From an uncultured Alphaproteobacteria bacterium (lineage in GTDB: Bacteria; Pseudomonadota; Alphaproteobacteria; ATCC43930; CGMCC-115725), in the NCBI GenBank assembly GCA_963804725.1, contig CAWDRN010000016.1, positions 108,844 to 172,843 of the forward strand: a stretch of DNA of 64,000 nucleotides, in the 5' to 3' direction. The translations under genes and the position numbers were made by a program. Below are positions 40,227-50,906 of this stretch, piece after piece. The notes beneath the pieces are model-generated. The model was given only the letters and a program-made list of their open reading frames with translations, searched no databases and had not been told where the DNA came from. Each line of letters opens with the position of its first letter. Position 1 is the first letter of the stretch.

Positions 40227-40363
40227 ACCCATCACGCTCTAGGACCGCGGATCAACGGTTACGCTGAGCAGATGACGCCATCTAGCCGACGCTCACCCCC
40301 GCCATCGCTCCGCAGATGCGAATACGAAGGTGCCGGCGAGATCAAGCACGAGCAGAAGTAAAC

Positions 40364-40713
40364 CTAAAAACCCGTCGGACCTACCGAGCCGATCCAGTGC
40401 TTGACCTTAGCCGGGTCCCTTTCGTCCATATAAAAGAAATGCGTCATTGTAGGTCTCACGGGCTTGATGCTCGGCTCATTGAATTTCATGTCAACCTTGC
40501 CATGAAACACCTTTAGCAAGGGGCTGTCCCAATACTCCACGACATCGTGATGCGCCGTAAAGCCCTTGTCGATGAACTGACGCAGATTTTCTCGGATCGC
40601 CTCGCGTCCGTGCCAGTCGGCGACACCTAGGTTGCAAACTGCATTCTCTGCGAAGCAGTCGAAGCCCTTGCCGAAGGTCTTGTCGCGGTTTTCGTGAAGG
40701 TGATCTTGTCCAT
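40364..40713 (-). pseudogene. SnoaL/NTF2-like protein with one frame break (or an assembly indel)
   Basis: AGGAGG-ATG start at 40713 (MDKITF). The body, in another frame, reads ..DKTFGKGFDCFAENAVCNLGVADWHGREAIRENLRQFIDKGFTAHHDVVEYWDS.. The break coincides with an A4 run near 40690. 350 nt. Confidence 0.6.
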
Positions 40714-40854
40714 TCTATCCTCCTGGATTGCGACGTTGCCGTGGGGTCATCGTGGCGGATGCCTTGCTGACAATATTTTAGGAGCGTGGCCGTTGGCGGG
40801 TGCGCCAATACGCCCTCGGTTCTCGCCAAACGGCCTTGCGCTGGCGAGACGAGG

Positions 40855-41577
40855 TCACTTCGCGTTCGCGACCGGAATGACGATGCCGAGTTTGGCCGCC
40901 ACACGTCGTGCCGTCTCTTCCCGCCGGGCCGTGATGGCCCGCACGGATTGCCGCGCATCTTCCAGTATCGCGGCTGGCGCCGTCTCGGGCGTGCCGCTGT
41001 CGAAGGGTGGCTCCGGCGCATACACCATCTGAAGTTGGATGGCCTGTGCTGCCTTGTCGCCGCGCAACTCGGCCGCGAGGCGCAACGCACCGTCGATGCC
41101 GGCCGTGACGCCTGCGGCGAAGACCCAGGCGCCATCGACAACCACCCGCTCGTTGACGGGGATCGCACCAAAGAACGGCAGCAGGTGAAACGAAGCCCAG
41201 TGCGTCGTCGCTCGGCGCCCCTTGAGCAGGCCTGCCGCGCCACAGAGTAGGGCGCCAGTGCACACGGAGAAAATGCTGCACGCGCCTGCCGCCTGCTGCC
41301 GCATCCAGTCCAATACTTCAGTGTCTTCCATCAAAGCTTCCTGGCCGAAGCCGCCCGGCACATGAAGTACGTCCAGCGGCGGCGCATCGGCGAGGGTCGC
41401 GTCAGGCGTAAGCCACAATCCTCTCAGATCGCGAACGGGCGCTGTGCTCTTACCGTAGATGCGATAGGTCGCATTCGGGATGCGCGACATCACCTCGAAC
41501 GGTCCTCTCAAGTCGATCTGATCGATCCCCTCGAACAAAAGGGAGCCGATGTGCAAGTGAATGTCATGCGGGATCAT
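40855..41577 (-). CDS. DJ-1/PfpI-family protein
   Basis: LLFEGIDQIDLRGPFEV, HVPGG, SVCTGALLCGAAGLL (nucleophile elbow Cys) and ATTHW motifs. Confidence 0.8.
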   Translation of the reverse strand: MIPHDIHLHIGSLLFEGIDQIDLRGPFEVMSRIPNATYRIYGKSTAPVRDLRGLWLTPDATLADAPPLDVLHVPGGFGQEALMEDTEVLDWMRQQAAGACSIFSVCTGALLCGAAGLLKGRRATTHWASFHLLPFFGAIPVNERVVVDGAWVFAAGVTAGIDGALRLAAELRGDKAAQAIQLQMVYAPEPPFDSGTPETAPAAILEDARQSVRAITARREETARRVAAKLGIVIPVANAK

Positions 41578-41641
41578 GTACATCTCCATGTCTAAGGTCA
41601 GCGATAGACAAGCCAAGCCTACCAGGGCATGGTTTGGCAGA

Positions 41642-42636
41642 ATGCCAAACTCCCCTCGCTCCTCGCCAAACGCGGTCCGCGTCATCGACGTACTCACTTA
41701 CCCGGCGGTGCAGTTGCTCGATGTCACGGGGCCGATCCAGGTGTTCGCTTCCGCCAACGATCTCGTTGCCGGCAGGGGAGGAGCGCGGCCCTACTTGCTC
41801 AGGGTCGTGTCGCAATGCGGCGAAGGCGTTACAGCCTCGGCCGGCGTGGCGCTTGCAGCAGGTCCGCTCACAAAACTCGGTGAGGCGCTGGATACCTTAC
41901 TCGTCGCCGGTGGTGAGGGGGCCGAGGCGGCGGCCGAGAACTCGGTCCTGATCGACTGGGTACGGGAGCGAGCGAGGGAGGCGCGTCGCGTCGCCTCCGT
42001 CTGCACCGGGGCCTTCCTGCTCGCTGCGGCGGGGGTGCTGGACGGGCGCCGCGCAGCGACCCATTGGATGTACTGCGCCAAGCTTGCCCAGCGCTTTCCT
42101 GCCGTGCGTGTCGAGCCAGATCCGATATTCGTATGTGACGGTCCGGTCTGGACCTCGGCCGGGGTGACGGCCGGGATCGATCTAGCGTTGGCGCTCGTGG
42201 AAGAGGACCTCGGCCGCTCCGTGGCGCTCGCCGTCGTGGCCCGCTACCTGGTTGTCTTCCTCAAGCGTCCCGGTGGACAGGCACAGTTCAGCGCGGTCCT
42301 GGCCTTGCAAGCAGCAGACGACAAGTTCGGCGCGCTTAATAACTGATCAATGGGCATCTCACGAGCGATCTTTCGCTTTCGGTTCTGGCCGATCAGGCCG
42401 GGATGAGCGAGCGCAGTTTCAGCAGGCACTACGCGGAGGCGACTGGGCAAACGCCTGCTCGTGCCATTGAGCGGTTGAGGGTGGAAGCGGCGCGTCGTCT
42501 GCTTTCGGACACAGGCCTGCCGGTTAAACGGATCGCGCAGCGTTGTGGCTTCGGCTCGGAAGAAACAATGCGCCGTAGTTTTCTCCGCCTGCTCGCCGCT
42601 ACCCCACAGGATTACCGCGCTAGATTTAGCATTTGA
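41642..42636 (+). pseudogene. GlxA-type AraC-family regulator (DJ-1-like domain plus HTH) with one frame break (or an assembly indel)
   Basis: The N-domain ORF ends ..DKFGALNN*. The AraC HTH (LADQAGMSERSFSRHY..GFGSEETMRRSF) is in the next frame. The AACTGATC at about 42343 would read through as AAC TGG ATC if one G were restored. Confidence 0.75.
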
Positions 42637-42689
42637 ATATCGACTAAATGTCGCCTGCTCGGCATCGGCCGGCGGATAGACGACTTGCG

Positions 42690-43317
42690 CAATGATCAGC
42701 CGCTTCACCGCCTTGCCCTCTCTGCGGGTTTTCTGGCCGCGCCGTTCCCATCTTGGGTTATGACAGCGCCAGAGCGGCCGAGGTCCGGGCAGGTTACATA
42801 GTGTAGATTGCGTGTAGGGAATAGGCAACAGGCCAAGCACGTCGCGCGGAGCGTTCTCGCCGTGGCCGAGCTGTCCCGCGTGCTGGCTGGACTGAAGTGC
42901 TTGTGGCCTGCGCCCGGTATCGGCGGCCGCAGCATCGCCGGCAGCGAAAACCTCGGGCACGGCATGAACTCTGAGGGCAGTATCGACGAGGACCCGGGCG
43001 AGCGCATCCCCACTGGTCGTCACCACCACGGCGTCGGCAACGAGGACGCTGTCGTCAGCGAAGCTTACACGGTCTGCCATCGAGGTTCGCACGGCTGCGC
43101 CGAGACGAATCGATCCCACGCGATCGCGCTGCAGTTTAGAAAGATGGGAACACGGCGGAAGCTGCGACGCGAGGCCGAACGCCCGGCGATTTGGGGGCGC
43201 GGCGACATTCGAGCACGTCACGCGGAAAGCCCCGCCATCATCACAATCTCGCCATGAGAATTCCGTAATCGGGCCCCTTATGACCGTTACCCCGACATAG
43301 GATTTTTCCGAGGCCAA
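42690..43317 (-). pseudogene. FAD/NAD(P)-dependent oxidoreductase (NDH-2-like) remnant
   Basis: ..LRVHAVPEVFAAGDAA.. and ..QSSQHAGQLG.. segments. The N-terminal dinucleotide-binding part is missing and several frames are involved. Confidence 0.4.
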
Positions 43318-43343
43318 ACAGCGACGAGGGAGAGGAGTTATCG

Positions 43344-44468
43344 GTGCGTCATCATGGCCAGGTCAAAATTGAACCGGAGCCTACCGCGTCACCGCCGGAG
43401 CCTACTCGCCCGGAAATCATACTGCCGACCGAATTCCGAAATGTCGTCCTGACGGGAAATCCTAGCGCTTCTAATTCTCTACACACTCTATTTTGCCCGC
43501 GCCGTATTCGTACCATTGTTGATTGCCTTGTTGCTTCGACTGTTTCTTCAGCTGCCGCTCAATTTCCTAACGCGGCTTGGCATACCACGCTTGATTGCCG
43601 TGCTATCGTCATGGCCGGTCTGCTCGGCGGCCTCGCTCTTTTGGGTACAGCGATCGGCGAACCGGCCTCAGACTGGATCGCATAGGCGCCGTGGGGCTTC
43701 GGCGAGATACAGAACCAACTCGAATTCGTAAAGCGGCCGCTGCAAGTCCTCGAGAACACCGCGCACCAGATCGAACACCTCGTGGTGGCGCCGTCCCCCT
43801 CAACGCTGACAGTGACCCTCGCAGGACCTGGGATCGGGGGTATGCTCGCATCCAGCACGCAATCGCTCGTAATAAGGGGCGTCGGCACCTTAATCCTTCT
43901 CCTGTTTTTCCTCCTGGCGTCAGGTGACACCTTTAAACGACGACTTGTAGAGACCATGCCGCGCCTCAGCGAAAAGAAACGTGCAGTGGAGATTATTAAC
44001 GAAATTGAGGACACGATATCCGGCTATCTGGTTCGGATCACGATCATCAACGCCGGACTGGCAGTATTGACCGGCCTTGGGTTTTATTTTTGCAGTGTGC
44101 CCGTCCCGGCTCTATGGGGGGTAATCGGGTTCTGCTTCAACTTCGTGCCATTCGTTGGACCCCTCTGCGCAGGAGCGATCTTCTTTATGGTCGGATTGTT
44201 CTCCTTCGACGGGTGGCGCATGGTGTTGCCGGTCGGCATTTACGCGTTCTTGGTGCTCATCGAAGGCCAGGTGGTCCCACCGACAGTAATGGCGCGGCGG
44301 CTCAGCCTCAATCCGGTGGCCGTTGTAGTGTCGCTCGTTTTCTGGTTTTGGATGTGGGGTAAGCCAGGTGTGCTATTGGCGGTGCCGATGCTCGCTGCAT
44401 TCAAAGTGGTATGCGATCATGTCGGGCCGCTCAACGCCGTAGGCCACCTGATCGAACGTTCACCCTGA
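43344..44468 (+). pseudogene. AI-2E (PerM/YhhT) family transporter with a frame-shifted N-terminal half
   Basis: The C-terminal 228 aa are intact (FNFVPFVGP, LIEGQVVPP, FWFWMWG). N-terminal transmembrane segments are spread over ORFs 43344.., 43516.. and 43782... Confidence 0.7.
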
Positions 44469-44523
44469 AGCGGCGCGCCAATGATTTGGGATGCTGACGC
44501 CAAGATATCTGAATATTCGTTTG

Positions 44524-44846
44524 TCAACGATCGGCGGCATTGCGCCTGCGCGTAGCTGCAGCCTTTTTTGCCGAGGCGGATCGCGCTTTGGCAGAACCTG
44601 AAGCTGAGGCTTTACCGCCCGGCAATCCACCCTTTCGCGACGAAGCGTGGCTTACGCGATGACCGCGGCCAGAGCCGCTCCTTTTGCCGCCGCCGCTATC
44701 TTTGTTGACCGTTGCCCAGGCACGGCGTTCCGCCGCTCTTTCACGGAAAGGCCGCGTGCTTCATGGCCTTCCGCGATGTGGTCAGCTTTCTGCTCCTGCT
44801 TATCCGTGTATTTCGATTTCGAACCACTCCACTGAACCGGGGTTCC
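44524..44846 (-). pseudogene. small basic stress/'plasmid stabilization'-like protein, frame-shifted, 5' end unresolved
   Basis: Manual translation gives ..SKSKYTDKQEQKADHIAEGHEARGLSVKE.. then, in another frame, ..AWATVNKDSGGGKRSGSGRG..KKAAATRRRNAADR*. The family name is from memory. Confidence 0.35.
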
Positions 44847-45046
44847 TACTGTTGCGCCTCCTGCTGAGAGAGACTCGGCGATGCGCCGAGCATTGCTGGG
44901 TCGCGGGTTCGACAGTGTCGCGATTGGGTGATCAGCAACCAGGGTTCCGTTGCGGCGGGTACTCGATCAATTCGGCACATCCAATTGCTTCAACCAAAAT
45001 TTCCCGTGGAACTCCTATGACCTTCGTCGGGTTGTGGCGATAGAAA

Positions 45047-45748
45047 ATGCCGACGCATTTACAATGGACCGATGTCGCGGTTCGCCTGGCTCTGACTGTG
45101 CTGGCCGGGCTGGCCATTGGCTATGACCGCAGCGAGCAAGGCAAGGCGGCGGGCATGCGGACCACCCTGCTGGTTTGTCTCGCCGCGTCGGTCGCTATGA
45201 TACAGGTGAATTTGCTGCTCCCGACCGCAGGTCGCCCGCCGGATTCGTTCGTCATGAACGATCTTATGCGCTTGCCGCTTGGCATTCTCACCGGGATCGG
45301 TTTTATTGGCGGCGGCGCGATTTTGCGTCGCGATAATATCGTTACCGGCGTCACAACCGCCGCGACCTTATGGGTTATCACGGTCATCGGTCTGTGCCTG
45401 GGCGGCGGGCAACTGGGATTGGGTATTGCCGCCACAATTCTGGCCTTGGTCGCGTTGACCGCGCTCAAATGGGCGGAGCACCGGTTGCGGCGCGAGCAAC
45501 ACGCCACTCTGGCGATTGATCTGTCGGCCGAAGGCCCCGGTGAGCAGGACATTCGACACCGCCTCACGACAGCGGGACTGACGATCATGGCCGCTCACGT
45601 CATTCTGGCGTCCAACGGCAAATCGCGCCGGCTTGTTTTCGAACTCGGCGACTTCAGGCGAGCGATGGACACCAACGTCCCACCTCCGGTTACCGCGCTT
45701 GCCGGCGAAAGTGGTGTGCTCGCGGTCGATTGGCACATGCGCAGCTGA
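45047..45748 (+). CDS. MgtC/SapB-family membrane protein
   Basis: RLALTVLAGLAIGYDRS, GMRTTLLVCL and AATLWVITVIGLCLG motifs. Confidence 0.85.
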   Translation: MPTHLQWTDVAVRLALTVLAGLAIGYDRSEQGKAAGMRTTLLVCLAASVAMIQVNLLLPTAGRPPDSFVMNDLMRLPLGILTGIGFIGGGAILRRDNIVTGVTTAATLWVITVIGLCLGGGQLGLGIAATILALVALTALKWAEHRLRREQHATLAIDLSAEGPGEQDIRHRLTTAGLTIMAAHVILASNGKSRRLVFELGDFRRAMDTNVPPPVTALAGESGVLAVDWHMRS

Positions 45749-46308
45749 CGATCAGGCAGCGGGTTTCCTCGCGTTGGGGGTCGCCGCGACGATTTCCCGT
45801 AAAGCCGGGGCAACTCGTCCTTTGCCCGCTCCAGCACGCGCTTGTGGGAGTTCTGAAAGATTGCCCCCGGCGCGGTTGAGGTAGAATTTCATCATCGACA
45901 GGCGGCGCGGTGCGGGGTCCGATTTGCGCCGCATCCTGTGAAGAGCCACGCCGCCCCCATTTCCGCTCGCGCGACGTCAACGCGTCAACGTCCCACCATC
46001 GAGATCAAGCAAGTCGCTCTCGCGCGTTACCCGGGCAGACTATTTCTTTTTGCCTGCCAAATAGGACCGCGTTCCTATGTGGATGACCCACTGAGGTAAA
46101 AGCTAAGTAGGGCGCAAGCTCATCAATCCCGGGGCGTCACAACGGGTTCGGGTAAGGTCCGGAGGGCCGGCACCGGCGTTCTTCAAAAAGTCGCGCGCTT
46201 CCCGACATTGCCGGTGTGACCGTGATGTTCCCGATTGACCGTGATCACGCCGCGAAAGCGGCGGGTACGCACACTACGCCAAGAGCCATGAGCTCTGGAC
46301 CCAGGCCC

Positions 46309-46725
46309 CTATTGGACAGCGCCGACTTGTTCGTCTGCTTGGCGGTCCTCCAAGCGGATGACTACTTCGTGCGCCGAGACGCCAGAGCCGGCCGGTTTCT
46401 CCATGCCCGCGCGCGTGATGATGCCCGGGTTGACGCCGGCCTTCGCCAGCGATTGCTCGATGGCATCGGCCCGTTTATCGGCAATGTGCTCACGCGCGGT
46501 CGACAAGCCGTCATTGACGCCGATCAATTCGATTCGCACTGGACGGTGTGCGCGTACCGCAGCGATGACGCGATCGACGAGCGCGTTGGCGTTACCGGTT
46601 ATCGCTGCATCACCGTCCCGGAAATAGACGACGAACCGCTGGTCCGATTGCGCGCGCGCAACCAACGGCGGCGCTAGGCCATACAGTGCGGTCAACGACA
46701 TCAGAACCAGAATCATGCGACCCAT
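46309..46725 (-). CDS. OmpA-like domain protein (secreted)
   Basis: Signal peptide, then FVVYFRDGDAAI..IELIGVND..ADKRADAIEQSLAKAGV, which fits the OmpA_C-like pattern. Confidence 0.6.
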   Translation of the reverse strand: MGRMILVLMSLTALYGLAPPLVARAQSDQRFVVYFRDGDAAITGNANALVDRVIAAVRAHRPVRIELIGVNDGLSTAREHIADKRADAIEQSLAKAGVNPGIITRAGMEKPAGSGVSAHEVVIRLEDRQADEQVGAVQ

Positions 46726-47684
46726 AATTGCCTCCTACGAGTCAACTTTACCCGGGTAGTCGTGATGACTTACCCGAACCGTCGGCGCAACTCGCCAGCC
46801 CGTTCGAGCGCACCTCCAAACCTTCGGTCAGGTTCATGATCGCGCTCCTCGCACGCCCATCGGTCTGTGTGGGGAGCAACACCCGGCAACGCGAAAGGTC
46901 GCGCCGTACACTTCGATTTCGACATTGCTCGCAACGTCGCGGTGTAGTAGCTGCATCACGGTATCTCCATCGTTGTCCCTAAGAACGAACGGAAGACATA
47001 TTCCACGAAGCAGGCCCCCGGCTGCCTTCCTACAAAGGCGTCCGACTATGGAATAACATGTGCATTTGCCCGTCTATCCGGGCGCGACCCCGCCCTGCAA
47101 GGCACGCATGACTGCGATCTTCCATGCAGCGACGAACAGCTTCTCGGAGCACTGCCACCTTCGGACAATGTTCGTCGCGCAGAGCAGACGTAAACCCAGT
47201 TTGCAACCAAATCGAATGATGTCGACATACACAGAATCATCGAGGCATTCGATCGGTGGCTTCGCGGCGATTCGAATACTGCTGTTCGAGGGTCAATCTT
47301 CCAATCTGGTGAGCCTAAGGGTGACCCGACAGCTTCAGACTCTGGCGGGACCGGATTGCCGGAAAAGACACAAACCAACGGAAGGATAATTCGTCGCCTT
47401 GTTGCCGCTCCCTGTCGACATAAAGCCGTGTCCCCGCGATGTTGAGCGGGGTACAGGCCCTGACTCAATTGCGCCTCGCCGTCCTCAACGGGTCCCATTG
47501 CTCTTGGATGTGAAACCGTACGTGGCGCTCACTGTAAGCGACCACCACGGCGACCCGATCCGCCAGCGCTTCCGGCGGGCTGCGGACGATGAGATCGCTT
47601 TGGCTCCAAACGCGGCCGCTGCCCCGACGTTGCCGCCTCCAGGCAAATAGCCATCTCGGATGCGTCCACCCCAGCGTCGGCTCT

Positions 47685-48222
47685 CTAATGCGTCGCGGGA
47701 TATGTCAAAGCCCCTGAAGCGGGCGAGCGTGCCGCCTCGGTCATATGAGCTAGCTGGATGTTTCCCGGACCAATGAGATGAAAGACCTGTTCGCCAGCTG
47801 CCAACAGATAGTCAGCGACAACACGCCGATGACATCGCCACCACAGAACTTCTGCGCACATGATCGCGCAACGCTGATTGCCACCGAGCTCGCATAGGCC
47901 GCGCGAATCCATCACGAAAACTATCGCCCATCGCATAATCGGCGAAATTGTGAAAGCTATCGTTGTGCCAAAACGCATTAAGGCTTGGCGGCACACTTTG
48001 GCTCCTGCCGCGCAGGCCACCGAGTGCCGCGATGTGCGCATATCCGATTTGGAAGGAGGTCAATGATTCCGGCAGCGTATCGCTGTTGAACTGGGGGTTT
48101 CTCCGCGACCGTGGCACCGTCCGAACATCGGCTACAAACGTGACCCTTACGCTTCTCAGCAGAGTGACAAAGCCTTCGATTGACCGGGTTGAATGACCAA
48201 CAGTGTAGAAAGGTTCGCTCAT
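47685..48222 (-). pseudogene. DUF488 protein with one frame break (or an assembly indel)
   Basis: FYTVGHSTRSIEGFVTLL..VADVRTVPRSRRNPQF in one frame and ..LCELGGNQRCAIMCAEVLWWRCHRRVVADYL in another. There is an extra C near 47898. 538 nt. Confidence 0.7.
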
Positions 48223-48305
48223 GTGCCGATTACATTGCTTAGCATCCAACAGCTTCTGATGGCTTCCGCTCTCCACGAACAATGTCGCTGTGGTTCGCAA
48301 AGCCG

Positions 48306-48521
48306 TCAGCGATGAAGCCGCCGCAATGCACGACCCTTGTGCATGGCGATATGGTTGGTCTTGTCGCTTTTGATCTCATACTGCGGATCGCGCTCGCTCG
48401 CATGATGTATGTAACCCTAGTAGTTCACATCGCTCTTGTGCACCCGCACGATCCAACCGGTGACCAGTCCAGCTTCGGAATCCCAACTGACATGATCGCC
48501 GACCTTGAATATCTGTGCCAT
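48306..48521 (-). pseudogene. DUF2945 (Tudor-like) protein with an in-frame TAG
   Basis: MAQIFKVGDHVSWDSEAGLVTGWIVRVHKSDVNY-TAG-GYIHHASERDPQYEIKSDKTNHIAMHKG.. The TAG is at 48417-48419. Confidence 0.65.
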
Positions 48522-48789
48522 GGCAATTCCCGAGATCCAATCGACCGCTTAGTGCGGTCGATGCTGTGCCGTTATTAGGGTTGATGCCTCGGTACAATAG
48601 GTGTGGCCGACGAGGTTTTTCCATCGATTCCGGGCCTTCGGAGATGAAGAACTGGATCCCGCTTCACGATGATGAACCACGGAATGAAGGTGAATCCGGT
48701 CGAGAACGAGCATCCTATCGCTCGAGTTTGGTACCGGCAGCGCCATGGCCTTCGTCCACTAGCAACAGCCCTACATTCTGCACGAGGAC

Positions 48790-49440
48790 ATTTTTTGGCG
48801 AAGACGATTTATCGCAGTGACCAAATTGGCAGCCCACTGAGGCCGCCCCCGACTGTTGGACGCCGCGACGCGTGGACGCCGCGACGCGTTTAAGGCTGGA
48901 AAAACCAGCAAGGAGGCGTTGCAGCACGAAGAGGACATAGCCACGATCGAAGTCCTAGCCTACCAAAAGCGGGCCGGAGTGCCTATCTTCACCGACGGCG
49001 AGATCAGGCGAGACGCGCGGCAGACCGTGTTCAGCCAGCCCGTCGAGGGTTTCGTCGATCACTATCCGATCGCCGAACAAAAATGGCCGGACGGCACACC
49101 CTCCAAGATCAAGATGCACACTAACGCCGTTCGTTCCAAGTTGCGGTCGGTCGGCCGGATCGCCCAAAAGGACACCATCTTCCTCAAGCAGAACGCGCCG
49201 GGTCCATTGACGAGCGGCTCGTCGATGCGCTTCACGTCGACCGGTTCGTGCTCGAATACGATACCGATGTGGGCCGGTTCGAACCGTTGAGGTTCTTGCC
49301 GGTCAATCAATCAGCTTGCCCTTACATCACAATGCGGCTTTCAAGGGTCGGCACTGCGTGACGGTGCTCATCTCGATTTCGATACTCAATGGCGTAAACT
49401 CGAAGTCATCACCGCAACCGCCTGCGAAGGCTGGGGCTGA
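48790..49440 (+). pseudogene. cobalamin-independent methionine synthase (MetE-like, short form) remnant
   Basis: ..IGSPLRPPP..RDAFKAGKTSKEAL..PIFTDGEIRR.., then an internal deletion, then ..DRFVLEYDTDVGRFEPLRFLP.. and ..QCGF..WRKLEVITATACEGWG* in other frames. A 16-bp tandem duplication at 48858-48889 breaks the frame. Confidence 0.65.
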
Positions 49441-49735
49441 ACAGCCGAGGAGGCGGCCTCACGGTCAGGCGACATCCGGACGACGCGGATGTGTCGGCGA
49501 CACCGTGAGCATAAACGTTGATCCTGCTCGGCAACCCTGAAAAAAGCCGCGCCCCGGTCGGACCATACCGATGCCGAATGCGAATCGGCAGAACAATCCT
49601 ATGTCACGAATGAACTGGCCGAACAAAAGGGCTGGCTGGCGCCCGAGCTACTCCCATTAAGGGTGCGATTGTCCAGCCGAATCAAAAACTTGGTGTTCAT
49701 CGACGGGAACCAACTAGGGGCATAGCATCGAAGCT

Positions 49736-50410
49736 ATGAAAAACCGCGAGATACACGCATGGCTCTGGCTCGTCGCATCGTTCGTTTTCATCGCGCTCGC
49801 CGTCTTCCTCTCGGCGGGGACCGTCAACTTTTGGCAGGCGTGGGCGTATCTCGCGGTAGGCGCAATATCCAGCGTTGCACTAACGTTTCGCATCGTAAAA
49901 GACCCGATACTGCTCGAAAACAGGACGAAGGCAGGGCCTTTAGCGGAAGAGCGACCCATCCAAAAGGTAATCGTGCTAGTTGTGGGGGTTACGACCATCG
50001 CAACGTTTATTGTGCCAGGCGTCGACCAACGTTTCGGCTGGTCGAGCGTGCCGCCCTGGCTCGCCATAACGGGCGATCTTCTGATATTGCTGAGCACGTG
50101 GGCGATCTATCGAGTATTCAAAGAAAACTCTTTCGGTTTCGCCACGGTCAAAATCGGCAAGGATCAAAAGGTCATCTCTACAGGTCCCTACGCGATCGTA
50201 CGCAACCCGATGTATTCGGGCGCGGGGGTGTATTTCATCGGCACGTCTTTAGCGCTCGGCTCGTATTGGGGGCTCATCCCTGCTATTCTCACCACTCTTG
50301 GACTCGTCTGGCGTCTGTTCGACGAAGAAAAATATCTTGCCGAGAATTTACCTGGCTATCAGCAATATTGCGCCAAAGTCCGCTGGCATCTCTTACCCGG
50401 AGTCTTCTAA
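49736..50410 (+). CDS. isoprenylcysteine carboxyl methyltransferase (ICMT)-family membrane protein
   Basis: VISTGPYAIVRNPMYSG..FDEEKYLAENLPGYQQY. Confidence 0.75.
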   Translation: MKNREIHAWLWLVASFVFIALAVFLSAGTVNFWQAWAYLAVGAISSVALTFRIVKDPILLENRTKAGPLAEERPIQKVIVLVVGVTTIATFIVPGVDQRFGWSSVPPWLAITGDLLILLSTWAIYRVFKENSFGFATVKIGKDQKVISTGPYAIVRNPMYSGAGVYFIGTSLALGSYWGLIPAILTTLGLVWRLFDEEKYLAENLPGYQQYCAKVRWHLLPGVF

Positions 50411-50906
50411 TAGCGCAGCATCTATGAGCGCCATCGCCTAAAAACGATTGGCCGTCAGACGCTCCGCCATCCTGTACTCCTCCACAGTACTCACCATCGC
50501 ATGCACTCGATTGCTCTCCTCGAATGCCACTAGTTGATTTTTCCTCAAAACTGGAGACCTTGTCGGTCGAACCGTAACATGCGCAAGGCATTTTGATTTT
50601 AGGGAGGAACTTTTCGCCCAGGATTTTCTCGCTTTCAGTGACGATTGTCGGCGATTGAGTAATTTCTCGAATCAAGCTTTGGAATAAGCCTACCGATATC
50701 GTCGAAAATGCCGGCAGCGAGCGCCCTACCTTTAGTCCGTGAGAGGCCAGATGTGGCCGAAAGCGCGCACAATGGCCGCTTTGAATTGCAAAATCACAAA
50801 GAGAGACGTAAGGACCTAGCTCGCGTCTGCGGACATGGCGAGGACATGGAGGTGCTTCGGGGTAGATCGCGCGGCACGCTAGCGGGGTCAAGGCGAAAAG
50901 GGAGCG

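Noticed and set aside
40246-40290. A 35-nt stretch (ggaccgcggatcaacggttacgctgagcagATGac) after the IS630 fragment that resembles the region just upstream of the HTH gene start in repeat A (23368-23400).
   Set aside because: The similarity ends right after the ATG and the downstream ORF is short and unrelated. It is too short to call a third repeat copy. It may mark the original IS630 target.
49276-49285. GGTTCGAACC, a tRNA T-loop-like string, examined as a possible tRNA gene or integration site.
   Set aside because: The flanking bases do not form a T-arm stem, and the string lies inside the MetE-like coding remnant (..GRFEPL..). I found no other tRNA-like sequence by eye, but a proper tRNAscan-SE run is still needed.
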